DNA of 64,000 bases. It comes from Chitinophagales bacterium. Its GTDB lineage: Bacteria; Bacteroidota; Bacteroidia; Chitinophagales; LD1. Shown here one piece after another: positions 40,501 to 49,411 of this stretch. Under the pieces are notes generated by a model. That model ran no database searches. It saw nothing but the letters and a program-made list of their open reading frames with translations, and had not been told where the DNA came from. Each line of letters begins with the position of its first letter. Position 1 is the first letter of the stretch. The DNA is taken from contig JBGAHI010000004.1 of the NCBI GenBank assembly GCA_044226285.1, positions 154,731 to 218,730 of the forward strand. Reading direction: 5' to 3'. The translations under genes were made by a program, and so were the position numbers.

Positions 40501-42976
40501 CTGAGGCACAGGCTGTATTATTACATGTGCCTTCCGCTCTAACATAATATGTAGTAGTACTTGTTGGAGACACCGTTATAGAAGCACCTGTTCCCGCTAA
40601 TGTTCCGCCACAAGAACCTGTATACCACTTCCAAGCGCCACCGGTGCCTAATGAACCTCCACTTACAGTCAACGTAGTACTTCCGCCATTACAAATCGTT
40701 GTTGTTCCTGTTACACCCGTTGGCGCTGTAGATAAAGAATTTATTGTTACAGTAATCACGTTGCTCCATCGTGCGCAACCATCAATTCCGTTTATAGTTC
40801 TTCTTATATAGGTAGTTGTTGATGTTAACGTTCCCGTTTCAGTGAAACCGGTCGCATTCGTTCCTCTGTCTGTCCAACCCACACCAGCTGTTGTTTGCCC
40901 ATCGGCAGGCACCGCACACGCACCACCTGTACAACTAAACCAATTGTAGGTATAGCTTCCAGTACCTCCTGTGGATGCTGTTCCTGTAAATGCAGTAGGC
41001 GTTCCACTTCCACAGAATGTTTGGTTAGCTGAAATAGTTCCTGCAACAGGAGCAGTATAAGATGGATGAACAAGATTCGTTTGTATTGTTCCATTACTTC
41101 CACTAAACCCTGCATTGTTTCCGTTCGTTGCAGCTCCTCCACTACCCAAATTAGCCTGATACGACCCTGTTGTAACGTTGTTCTGACAAGGATTCAAGAA
41201 GAACTTTATACGACCTCCACTACCGCCAGCTCCTGCTCTATTCGGGAAATAACAACCTCCTTGAGCAGGTCCCGGATAACCTGAAGCTCCGCCTGAGCCT
41301 CCATTCGCATTAATACTTCCGGTAATAGTAGCTAAACCAAATGCCTGAATTAAAACACCTCCACCGGCTCCACCACCGGCACCACCACCACCTCCTCCTG
41401 TTTGAGGATAAGTATAGTATGTACAAACACCGCAAGCACTGTTATCTCTACATCCGGATGCTCCTGCCCATAAACTTCCTGTTACACAGCCACAATTATA
41501 AGATCCGTCACTCAGTCCACCCCCTTGTCCTCCGTTACCGCCATTAGCTCCACTTACATTTATACTTCCTGTAAGGGTAAATGCGTTTGAAGCTATTAGT
41601 GATACAGCACCGCCACCATTGCCGCCATTGCCGCCCGATGTTCCGCTTTGCCATCCGCCACCGCCACCTCCGGCACCTCCACCTCCTCCTCCGGCTGCAA
41701 TATCACTCCCTGTTGCTGTTCCGTGAGATGATCCTGCTGAACCTCCAGTACCACCACCTCCGGCTGATGGGTAGCTTCCACCACCTACGCCTTGAGATCC
41801 GTTGCCTCCGCTACCTGCTGTGTTGCCATATGCGCCTCCGCCTCCGCCTCCGCCTCCGCCAGCTCCGGATCTGAATCCATCATTACCCCCAATACAAGCA
41901 AAACCACAACCTATATTCACACAATTACCATTTCCTCCATTTGTACCTGCACCACCACCACCGGTACTTCCACCTGCACTTCCTGCACCACCACCGCCAA
42001 CTGTTCCACAACCCGATCCCGTAGCTCCACTTCCACCACTTCCACCACTTCCACCTGTACCCCCTTTCGCGGATGCATCAATTGTTCCACTTATGGTTAT
42101 ATTTGTCGCATTAATCACTAACGGACAACCTTGTGCTTCAGTGATAGTAACACCTGAGTTGAGCGTAAAATTACCGTTTATATTGTATGTTCCACCCATA
42201 ACTACATTTGAGGAAACAGTAACATTTCCTGCTCCAGCATTCGCTCGTGGTAAAACATTAATAGAACCGCTTGTTTGTTGGGTACACGTTCCATTATATG
42301 TCAACATGCGATAATAAGGATATTGCGGTGAAGTGCCACTGTTTGCTGAATAGGTAGTAGCTGTTGCTCCAGAGATATTAGACCATGTTGAATTGTCGTT
42401 TGAGCCTTGCCACTGATAGAATGGCCCCCCACCTGTTGCGGTAAAATCATTATTTGTACAGGTATAATTCACCGATACCGATGAAACTGTAGGAACAACT
42501 TGTGTGTAATTTAATAGTGCTGAATTGGCCGCACTGGGAGTAGGCGCACCGGGAGTAGGTAAAGGCAGACATGCATTTCCATTATTTACAACTACAATAT
42601 AATTATTGGTTGCATTGGTTGTAATATCGGCTGTAAAGGTCACTGAGCTCCCACTTGAACCTGCAAAAAAAGCCCAAGTGCCCCCTGCATTAGTTGATTT
42701 ATAAATGGATATTGATGGTGTGGTCCATCCGGTTCCACCGGTTGCGCTCAGGGTATACCGCGTTCCGTTCGTTGCCTGAAAATAAGTATAACCGGTGCTT
42801 GGGGGTGAAATAGATCCTGGAGAACACACATTTAGGTTGATAGCCGGAGATGCAGCTGAACCACTCGAAGCCCAACCTGCCCAACTGTTAGTAGTACACT
42901 GTGCATTGATTCTTTGTACAGAAAAGCATAGTATTGCAAAAGTAATTAGATAGTATCTAAGAGTAAAATTTTTCAT
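37517..42976 (-). CDS. Giant T9SS-secreted surface protein (~1819 aa): glycine-rich beta-helix-like head, 5 Ig-like tandem repeats, shared stalk module, T9SS C-terminal domain
   Basis: The likely start is MKNFTLRYYLITFAILCFSVQRINAQ. There is a ~285-aa Gly-rich segment, then 5 repeats of ~85 aa (ICNGGSTTLTVSGG..GTG...W(Y/F)TGSCGGT.AGTGNS..VSPT..TTYY). The C-terminus GDFIPNPTKERSKIDL...KRLNVLK fits a type A sorting tail. Confidence 0.85.
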   Translation of the reverse strand: MKNFTLRYYLITFAILCFSVQRINAQCTTNSWAGWASSGSAASPAINLNVCSPGSISPPSTGYTYFQATNGTRYTLSATGGTGWTTPSISIYKSTNAGGTWAFFAGSSGSSVTFTADITTNATNNYIVVVNNGNACLPLPTPGAPTPSAANSALLNYTQVVPTVSSVSVNYTCTNNDFTATGGGPFYQWQGSNDNSTWSNISGATATTYSANSGTSPQYPYYRMLTYNGTCTQQTSGSINVLPRANAGAGNVTVSSNVVMGGTYNINGNFTLNSGVTITEAQGCPLVINATNITISGTIDASAKGGTGGSGGSGGSGATGSGCGTVGGGGAGSAGGSTGGGGAGTNGGNGNCVNIGCGFACIGGNDGFRSGAGGGGGGGGGAYGNTAGSGGNGSQGVGGGSYPSAGGGGTGGSAGSSHGTATGSDIAAGGGGGGAGGGGGGWQSGTSGGNGGNGGGAVSLIASNAFTLTGSINVSGANGGNGGQGGGLSDGSYNCGCVTGSLWAGASGCRDNSACGVCTYYTYPQTGGGGGGAGGGAGGGVLIQAFGLATITGSINANGGSGGASGYPGPAQGGCYFPNRAGAGGSGGRIKFFLNPCQNNVTTGSYQANLGSGGAATNGNNAGFSGSNGTIQTNLVHPSYTAPVAGTISANQTFCGSGTPTAFTGTASTGGTGSYTYNWFSCTGGACAVPADGQTTAGVGWTDRGTNATGFTETGTLTSTTTYIRRTINGIDGCARWSNVITVTINSLSTAPTGVTGTTTICNGGSTTLTVSGGSLGTGGAWKWYTGSCGGTLAGTGASITVSPTSTTTYYVRAEGTCNNTACASVTITVNTLSTDPTSAAASPATICNGSSSTLTLTGGGGGTGAVIKWYTGSCGGTLAGTGNSLSVSPTTTTTYYGRYEGTCNNTACVTTTVTVNTLSTAPTGITGTTTICNGGSTTLTVSGGSAGTGATAEWFTGSCGGTSAGTGNSITVSPTSNTTYYVRYNGTCNTTSCASQLVTVNTLSTAPSGITGTTTICNGGSTTLTVSGGSAGTGATVEWFTGSCGGTSAGTGNSITISPTSNTTYYVRYSGTCNTTTCASQLVTVNTLSTSPTSASASPATICNGSSSSLTLTGGGGGTGATIKWYTGSCGGTLAGTGNSLSVSPTTTTTYYGRYEGTCNNTTCATVTVNVDAVPTSSITTTPLIACGLTSAALGGNTPSPGTGVWSQFSGPGTSTFSGSTSGSSTATVSVGGTYVFRWTVSNGVCTPATADVTVVFGAGASVPTSGGDKEACYRTAVPNLTATVGAGETIDWYDAASGGSLVKSSSTFFNEAIDGTGPNPIPGTYTYYAEGRNTTSGCVSSTRTAITLTIRSVPVISPTATPMTVCANDNVLLDAGAIAGSGTITNYAWSSGIVGNVSSGTVNPTTTTPYTVSVTNSYSCTNDASVTVTVKSAAALVILPSSTVTTALEQCSDAGWTYYATTTNPDDWLFAIRKNGNSFTAKVDITIPGSTIDHINTTKPGYEHGSYLMNRYWNVEMLSGSISGTVDVKFFYDPSEKAASLSARDAAWTPYPSTSKTPFRWFKTVGVPFDATRINLIDGNSFNGFPNVTLTDANTTALTENGVLYAQFNGITSFSGGTGGYGFSSPGAGLPVKLIAFTATAIENSYVRLDWSTALEINNAGFEIERSTNGSVFVKIGWVKGNDNSTITQYYTFDDKTALQNVRYYYRLKQIDIGNVAFEYSNIATAMLVGDGKTAIGDFIPNPTKERSKIDLFITNDQAAIVDVYEVTGKFIKSETIDLRKGFNTYVIQTEDLSAATYIVSFKIDGQRFSKRLNVLK
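39465..40745. repeat. Five tandem ~255-bp coding repeats inside the 1819-aa adhesin gene
   Basis: The protein repeats run in the order A-B-C-D-E, with C nearly identical to D and B nearly identical to E. The antisense track ORFs at 39783-40025 and 40038-40289 are near-identical to each other. Confidence 0.85.
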
Positions 42977-43075
42977 GGTGGTAGGCTTTGTTTGTTTTGA
43001 CACAAGAACTATTCCAGTTTTTTGTAGATTACTTATCATTTATGCGGAAATCGTTTACTTGCAAGATAATCATGC

Positions 43076-43083
43076 TATATTTG
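43076..43083 (+). promoter_or_regulatory. Candidate -7 box (TATATTTG) for the 43127 gene
   Basis: Matches TAnnTTTG 44 nt upstream of the ATG. Only an imperfect -33 (TTTA) is present. Confidence 0.3.
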
Positions 43084-43126
43084 AGAAATGCTGTTTATTT
43101 GTGGATAAGCCAAAATCGTATATAAA

Positions 43127-44464
43127 ATGATACAATCTAATCGTCTATTATCCAAAAAAGGATACAAAATATTGAGTGTGTTAATAGTTCTTCTAGCTAT
43201 AAATAATTATGTATTTGGAATCGGAAAAGCATCTGCTTCGGTGAATGAAACTAAGGTTCAGCTCAGCATCATGAACGGAGTCAACTATCTCATTAACAGT
43301 GCAAATCCAAAACCTGAAAAGGATGCTGCATTGGTAATCAACTACATCAATGAACATTACCATTTACACCTGCCCTATCCCACAATGGATGTTACACTCA
43401 ATAAAATTGTATTAAATTCTGAAAACCTTAGAATACTTGGAAGATGGTTCAATCCGAAATTTGTCCTTGATTCTTCGGCCTATGAAAAAAACATGCATGG
43501 ATTAGACTCCTTTATGCTTGTAAGTTTGTATTGCCAAAAATACGGACTTCCAGCTCATTTTCTTGCTGAGCTAGATAGCACAAGCAAGCTAGGCGGTTAC
43601 GAACTAACACATAGCTGTTTGCAATTTCAATGGTGTGTTAATAACGGCTGTCTGGAATTAGATTCTACAACAATAAAACTTCGTAAAAAATTAGTTCAAC
43701 GTTTATCAATTTTGCTATCTCAACAAAAAGAAAAAATTTATGATGTTGGGATAGAAGCTATTGCGGTTCATGATTTTATGAACATACCCTTGCCCGATAA
43801 ATCGAAATGGATTAAACGAATTTTAGCTTCTCAATTGGAAGATGGAGGTTGGGCTGCATTTGAAAACGACCACAACTCCTATCCTCACGCAAGTGCATTG
43901 GCTACTTGGGTACTTGTTGATTATATATTAGAACACCCATCATTGAAAGACTCTGCATCGTTGGAAAACATGACTGGCAGTGAATTGTACAGCAATTTCA
44001 ACATTTTGGCAAAAATTGATAGCAACATCCGATTTGCGGGATTAAACAGTATATTCTCTTTTCATGCAACAAGTGCAGACTCTGGTTATTATACCGGTGC
44101 CTTTTTGAAGTTTAAGGCTACTAAATCATCGTTATTAAAAAGCTATTATGCCGGAGTTAATCCTCCTTCACTTCGTGCAGCTATTAACAGCACTGATTCT
44201 TTAGCTTATCTAATTGAATACAAACATCATTTTACAGCAGGTAATAGCAATGAGTTGTTAGATACTCTTTTGGCAGAAGCTAAAACATTCCAACCTAAGG
44301 AATATGCTAATTATCTAAAGTTATTGGTTATTAAACGCATTTTGGAAGAAAAGAAGATATTCCCAAGTGAAAAAATTGTTTTGGCAAACCTTAAAAATAA
44401 AGAAGCGTATACCTCTAACGAACAAGTAAAGATTCTGGAGCTTTTCATTCGCAAAGAGGAATAG
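43127..44464 (+). CDS. Hypothetical exported protein, possibly alpha/alpha-toroid (prenyltransferase/squalene-oxidase-repeat-like)
   Basis: N-terminal signal anchor KILSVLIVLLAINNYVFG. One clear QW-type motif, SQLEDGGWAAFE, and a weaker one, SIMNGVNYLINS. Function is otherwise unrecognised. Confidence 0.5.
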   Translation: MIQSNRLLSKKGYKILSVLIVLLAINNYVFGIGKASASVNETKVQLSIMNGVNYLINSANPKPEKDAALVINYINEHYHLHLPYPTMDVTLNKIVLNSENLRILGRWFNPKFVLDSSAYEKNMHGLDSFMLVSLYCQKYGLPAHFLAELDSTSKLGGYELTHSCLQFQWCVNNGCLELDSTTIKLRKKLVQRLSILLSQQKEKIYDVGIEAIAVHDFMNIPLPDKSKWIKRILASQLEDGGWAAFENDHNSYPHASALATWVLVDYILEHPSLKDSASLENMTGSELYSNFNILAKIDSNIRFAGLNSIFSFHATSADSGYYTGAFLKFKATKSSLLKSYYAGVNPPSLRAAINSTDSLAYLIEYKHHFTAGNSNELLDTLLAEAKTFQPKEYANYLKLLVIKRILEEKKIFPSEKIVLANLKNKEAYTSNEQVKILELFIRKEE

Positions 44465-44656
44465 ACTTAAATCCTAAATACTTTATACTCTTTCTCCTAC
44501 AAAAAACACCTATCCAATTACTAACAGCCTGTAGGGGCTAATTTCTTTTATAACAATCGATAAAGCAGTTAAATCTCCACGTTAGCTTAACGCTAACATA
44601 TAGATGGAGTATAGTTTGTTTGACGAGAATCTGTTTAAAAAGGGCAGGCTAGAAAC

Positions 44657-44686
44657 AAAAGAGGTGGTCAAAAGACCACCTCTTTT
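44657..44686. terminator. Bidirectional intrinsic terminator
   Basis: AAAA-GAGGTGGTC-AAAA-GACCACCTC-TTTT is a perfect 9-bp GC-rich stem. It lies 18 nt past the stop of the 44704-48492 gene (minus strand) and downstream of the 43127-44464 gene (plus strand). Confidence 0.75.
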
Positions 44687-44703
44687 AAAAGATTATATTG
44701 TTC

Positions 44704-47700
44704 TTACTTCAGTACATTTAATCGCTTGCTAATGCGTTGATCATCTACTCGGAAGGAAACTACATAGGTAGCTGCCGATAAATCTCCTGTTTGAATGAAA
44801 TACGTATTAAATCCTTTTTTCATTTCGATACTTTCAGATTTAATAAACTTACCGGTTACCTCATAAACATCAATAACCGCTGTTTGATCTCTTGCAACAA
44901 ATAAATCTATAATTGCTTTTTCTTTTGCAGGATTTGGAACAAAATCGCCTACAGCAGTTTTCCCTTCGCTGATGATGGTCGCTGTAATAATATTACTGTA
45001 TTCAAAAGCTACATTTCCATTGTCGATTTGTTTCAATCGATAGTAGTAACGAATATTCGGTTGAGCAGTTTTGTCATCATACACATATTCTTGTCGTACT
45101 GTAGAGTTATCATGCCCTTGAACCCAAGCAATTTTAGTGAATTCGGTACCGTTTGTACTACGTTCTACCTCAAATCCTGCATTGTTCAATTCCAATGCTG
45201 TAGACCAATCTAATCGTATATAACTATTCTCGATGGCCGTTGCTGTGAAATCAATCAACTTAACAGGCAAACCAGTTCCCGGAGAAGAGAAACCATATCC
45301 GCCCGTTCCTCCTGAAAATGATGTGATACCATTAAATTGTGCGTAAGTAACTCCGTTTTCTGTTCCTGAAGCACTTTCAGTTAAAGTGATATTCGAAAAG
45401 TTATTGAAACTATTTCCATCGATAGAACTGATTACTGATGCAAAAGATGAACCCACCGTTTTAAACCATCTAAATGCTGTTTTAGAGGCTGTTGCTGAAT
45501 ATGGTGCCCATGCTGCATCTCTTGCATTTAATGCCGCTGTTTTCTCAGCCGGATCATAGAAGAATTTCACATCCACTGATGTTGAAATTGAACCACTTGT
45601 AACATTCACATCCCAATAGCGTTTCATCAAATATGACCCATGCTCATATCCGGCTTTTGAAGTATTAATATGATCTATTGTGCTACCTGCTACTGTAATA
45701 TCTACTTGTGCAGTGAACGAATTCCCATTTTTGCGAATAGCAAACGTCCAATCGTCAGGGGAAGAAGCCTTAGCATAATATGTCCATCCGCCATCAGTAC
45801 ATTGCTCTACTAAGGTGGTTACAGAACTTGTTGGCAAGACCACTAAAGCAGCTGCACTTTTAACAGTTACAGTTGTAGAGGCATCATTCGTACATGAATA
45901 GCTATTTTGAACTGTAACAGTATATATAGTAGTAGTTGTAGGATTTACAGTACCGCTTGCTACGGCACCTAATCCAGAACTCCATGCATAAGAGGTAATT
46001 GTTCCTGCCCCTGCTGTTGCGTTCGCATCTAATAGTACATTATCGCCAGAACATGCAGTATTTGGAGTTGCAGTTGGGGAAATAACAGGTACTGCACGGA
46101 TAGTAAGTGTAACAGCCACTCGCGTTGGACTTATACAACCAGAGGTAGTGTTTCTTCCTTCGGCATAATAAGTATAAGTACCGGGGAGTGGATTAGGGCC
46201 AGAGCCATCCGTTACTTCATTAAACGCAAGCGAACCTGTTTTTACCAATGTTCCGCCTGATGAAGCATCATACCAATCTGCAGTTTCGCCTGCCCCAACT
46301 GTTACCGTTAAATTTGGAACTGAGGCTTTATAACAAGCCTCTTTATTTCCGCCCGATGTCGGTACTGTTGCGCTAGAATTGTTAGTTAACACTACATCAT
46401 CCGTAGAGGCTGTACATGCTCCATTAGTAATTGTCCAACGCAATGTTGCTGATGTGCCTAGTGTAACACCTGATACTCCGGAATTGTTAGCAGATGGTGT
46501 AGTGATTGTAGCCGAACCACTCACTAAAGACCAAGATCCTGTTCCTATTACAGGCGAATTACCGGCCAATGTAAAGGAAGAGTTATTACAATTAGATTGG
46601 TCGGTTCCTGCGGCAGCTGTTGTAGGAACAGCATCACCACCTACCGTTACACTTGCTTCTACTGCAGGGCTACATGTGCCCGTTACGCGTGCATAATAGG
46701 TGCCCGGTCCCGCTGTTAATGTGGTTCCTGTGCCTAAGTTTGTGCCCGTTCCGCCTGAACCTGTCCACCACGTTACTGTGGCGCCAGCTCCGGCTACGCC
46801 ATTCGCTGTTAATGTTGTTGTAGCATTCGCACATATTGGACTTGCTGCTGCGGTAGCTGACGTAATCGCAGGGATTGCTGTTGAACCTACCGTTACACTT
46901 GCTTCTACTGCAGGGCTACATGTCCCAGTTACTCGAGCATAATACGTACCCGGTGGTCGATTTGTTAATGTGGTTCCTGTGCCTAAGTTTGTGCCCGTTC
47001 CTCCTGAACCTGTCCACCACGTTACTGTGGCGCCAGCTCCGGCTACGCCATTCGCGGTTAATGTTGTTGTAGCATTCGCACATATTGGACTTGCCGCTGC
47101 CGTAGCTGAGGTAATGGCAGGTATCGCATTAACCGTTACCGTATTAGTCGCACAAGCTCCTGCAGAACAAGATGTTCCAGTGCCGGGGTTATACCTGGCA
47201 TAATATGTAGTTGTAGTTGATGGAGCCGTAATAGTAGCTGCAACAGTAGTTGAGCCGGCTCCAGGCGAAGACGTGGCGACAAGCGTACCCCCACAACTTC
47301 CACTGTAAAATTGAACTGTTCCATTCATATTTACGGCTGTTGGAAAATTGGCGGTTAGCGTTATTGTTGCAGGAACTGCATTGGCGCAATAACTTGTTGA
47401 ACTAATAGAAAGAGATGAAGGATCTTCGTTCCAGCGGTTGGTTATTGTAGCGGTTGAGCCTGTTACATCGCATCCATTGTTTACTACTCGGTATCTTGTT
47501 CTATCGGGATCTCCATTACTCGTACCCACTTTTTTAGGGAAACAACAAGTACCAGAGGAGGTGCCGCTAACCCAAGCATTCCAAGCACCATTATTGCTAC
47601 CCCAATCCCAATTTACCGTTCCGCTTGCTGTTCCACTTGCAGTTACTGCTGTGGTGAAATCCCCAGAAGAATTACAAAAATTTACTGCTGTTGTAGAAAT

Positions 47701-48492
47701 AGTACCCACTGTTGGAGTTGTATGCTTATAGGTCAAAACAGTAGATGTTGTACTCCATGTACAACTGCTTCTGTTAGCGTAAACACGAATTGTTGGGGCA
47801 GTAGTTCCTGAAAACCACGCTGACTGATTAGAGGAAAATGAACTTGATGTCGCACCTGCACCACCAGAAATAACAGCAGCAGACCAAGCGCTTGATTGCG
47901 AACCATTTGTTACTGTAAAATCATACCAAACATTTGCTGCAAGGACAACATCCCTATATTGCCCTGATGCAACACCTAATGTTGATGCAGAACAACCAGA
48001 CGGAACAGAACCTGCTGCACCAGTACTTCCCAACTGACCTCCAGAAAGAGCAGTTGTTGGTAGCGCAAAGGTGTATGATTGAGTACAATTATCGGTTCCT
48101 CCACATCCGGTATGTCTAAAATTCCCAACATTAATACCGTTTGCATATATTGTAACACTTCCGGTACTATTCCAGTCATCTCCATCCCTATCTTGCACTA
48201 CAATAGTATAGTTACCACACATCCAAGGCATTGTTCCCAATGCTCTACCTGTAACCGAATAAGCAGTGTTTGCTCCATTATAACATTGTGAAGGATCGCA
48301 GAACCAACCAATAACGCTCTTTCCATTGGGATCTGTTAAATAAAACTGATTTTCACCAGACCAGCTGGGCCAATTAATATCTGCTGTAAACGTAACTTGA
48401 GCGTTTATAGCTTTCAACCCAAATAGCACGAACAGTATAGTCAATATAAGTACATTCCTGTTTCTATTAAATTTCGAGTAATTCTTTTCCAT
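44704..48492 (-). CDS. Giant T9SS-secreted surface protein (~1262 aa), paralogue of 37517-42976 with a different N-terminal head
   Basis: The likely start is [32 protein letters not shown]. The C-terminal ~640 aa (from GGDAVPTT to KRLNVLK) aligns residue for residue with the other giant protein. It has two near-identical 83-aa repeats and a T9SS tail. Confidence 0.85.
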   Translation of the reverse strand: MEKNYSKFNRNRNVLILTILFVLFGLKAINAQVTFTADINWPSWSGENQFYLTDPNGKSVIGWFCDPSQCYNGANTAYSVTGRALGTMPWMCGNYTIVVQDRDGDDWNSTGSVTIYANGINVGNFRHTGCGGTDNCTQSYTFALPTTALSGGQLGSTGAAGSVPSGCSASTLGVASGQYRDVVLAANVWYDFTVTNGSQSSAWSAAVISGGAGATSSSFSSNQSAWFSGTTAPTIRVYANRSSCTWSTTSTVLTYKHTTPTVGTISTTAVNFCNSSGDFTTAVTASGTASGTVNWDWGSNNGAWNAWVSGTSSGTCCFPKKVGTSNGDPDRTRYRVVNNGCDVTGSTATITNRWNEDPSSLSISSTSYCANAVPATITLTANFPTAVNMNGTVQFYSGSCGGTLVATSSPGAGSTTVAATITAPSTTTTYYARYNPGTGTSCSAGACATNTVTVNAIPAITSATAAASPICANATTTLTANGVAGAGATVTWWTGSGGTGTNLGTGTTLTNRPPGTYYARVTGTCSPAVEASVTVGSTAIPAITSATAAASPICANATTTLTANGVAGAGATVTWWTGSGGTGTNLGTGTTLTAGPGTYYARVTGTCSPAVEASVTVGGDAVPTTAAAGTDQSNCNNSSFTLAGNSPVIGTGSWSLVSGSATITTPSANNSGVSGVTLGTSATLRWTITNGACTASTDDVVLTNNSSATVPTSGGNKEACYKASVPNLTVTVGAGETADWYDASSGGTLVKTGSLAFNEVTDGSGPNPLPGTYTYYAEGRNTTSGCISPTRVAVTLTIRAVPVISPTATPNTACSGDNVLLDANATAGAGTITSYAWSSGLGAVASGTVNPTTTTIYTVTVQNSYSCTNDASTTVTVKSAAALVVLPTSSVTTLVEQCTDGGWTYYAKASSPDDWTFAIRKNGNSFTAQVDITVAGSTIDHINTSKAGYEHGSYLMKRYWDVNVTSGSISTSVDVKFFYDPAEKTAALNARDAAWAPYSATASKTAFRWFKTVGSSFASVISSIDGNSFNNFSNITLTESASGTENGVTYAQFNGITSFSGGTGGYGFSSPGTGLPVKLIDFTATAIENSYIRLDWSTALELNNAGFEVERSTNGTEFTKIAWVQGHDNSTVRQEYVYDDKTAQPNIRYYYRLKQIDNGNVAFEYSNIITATIISEGKTAVGDFVPNPAKEKAIIDLFVARDQTAVIDVYEVTGKFIKSESIEMKKGFNTYFIQTGDLSAATYVVSFRVDDQRISKRLNVLK
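46640..47130. repeat. Two tandem 249-bp near-identical coding repeats in the 1262-aa adhesin gene
   Basis: [54 protein letters not shown]...[20 protein letters not shown] occurs twice. The nucleotide copies differ at only a few positions (compare 46721-46880 with 46970-47130). Confidence 0.85.
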
Positions 48493-48818
48493 GCCTAAAA
48501 ATGTTAATAAGTTCACTAAAGTAGGAATTATTTGTCAAAAAGCGTGCCTTTTATGTTTAAAAAATAAGTTGCAACCATATAACATTGTATATCAATGAGT
48601 TAAATTTGAAAAAATGAAAACAAGTTAGTAAAAATGAATGAGATTGTAGACTTTTAAGAACAGCGTTTTTTACTAAAAAGTACAGTTTTATTAGATAGTG
48701 GATAATACCGTTTAGCTACTTCATACTTTTTCTGCTATAAAATTTGGTTGATATGATACGAATTAATCGGTAGAGAAAAAAAAGTATGGCTGAATTTTAC
48801 ATTTGAAAAAGATTAAAC

Positions 48819-49253
48819 TTGCAGATAAAAAAGCCAAGATATAAACGAGAAATAAATGAGGTGTTAGAGAGAAAGCCAATCAAAGTTGTGAAACCCGGTA
48901 GCAGTAACACTAGAGAGTATATGCAGGAGGTATGGATATACAGGCATTTGATTGTAGTGTTTGCCAAACAGGAATTTAAATTGCAATTTGTGTAGACAAA
49001 ACTGAACCTCTTTTGGTTGGCACTTCGCCCACTTATGGTTTTAGCGCTGTTCTCTTTTATTTTTGATCTTGTAATTCGTTTTCCAGGGTTAGAACACCCT
49101 TATCCGCTATTTGCATTTTCTAGACTAATCATTTGGAACAATTTTAGTTTCATGTTCAATAGCGTAGGGTCAGTGTTGATTACCAATCATCCTTTGATTA
49201 AAAAGGTGTTTTTCCCACATGTTATTATTATATTCGCAAAATTGCTGAATTAG
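48819..49253 (+). pseudogene. Disrupted and truncated ABC-2 (Wzm-type) permease gene
   Basis: The frame reads ...REYMQEVWIYRHLIVVFAKQEFKLQFV*TKLNLFWLALRPLMVLALFSFIF...FFPHVIIIFAKLLN*. An in-frame TAG at 48993-48995 sits in the position of the conserved Y-K-Q-T block. The ORF ends after roughly 140 aa, against 278 aa in the intact paralogue immediately downstream, which it aligns to. Confidence 0.65.
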
Positions 49254-49411
49254 CTACTATTTATGTCGTTCGTTTTTATATGAAAAAGAAGACTGGGAAA
49301 CCAAGCGGTCATGGTATGAAAAACAATTTGCTTGGGACTATTATGAATGTGATGAAGTTGGTATAAGGCAACTGTTTTTCTTTCCTTTCTTTTAAAAGTA
49401 TTTTTTTGTCT

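Noticed and set aside
39246-40547. Four plus-strand ORFs of 73-88 aa with near-identical sequences (MVLLVGD...)
   Set aside because: They are antisense images of the tandem Ig-like coding repeats. Their similarity simply reflects the repeat.
39465-40745. Regularly spaced direct repeats that could suggest a CRISPR array or satellite
   Set aside because: The units are ~250 bp, contiguous with no spacers, and in frame within a long ORF encoding Ig-like domains. No cas genes are present.
41341-42314. Several overlapping plus-strand ORFs (Pro-rich, His/Leu/Arg-rich and Ser/Thr-rich; 68-170 aa) opposite the Gly-rich part of the giant gene
   Set aside because: They are alternative-frame readings of GGN/GCN-rich coding sequence, where antisense GGN reads as NCC, giving Pro, Ala or Thr. 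They are low-complexity, mutually overlapping and lie entirely inside a well-supported 1819-aa gene.
46379-47203. Plus-strand ORFs (65-105 aa) with repeated [13 protein letters not shown] sequence
   Set aside because: They are antisense frames of the two 249-bp repeats in the 1262-aa adhesin gene.
37173-49253. Genomic island integrated at tRNA-Phe, given that the housekeeping-to-accessory transition occurs exactly at the tRNA
   Set aside because: I could find no integrase, transposase, or direct repeat of the tRNA 3' end in the window. The boundary observation stands, but an integrative element is not supported.
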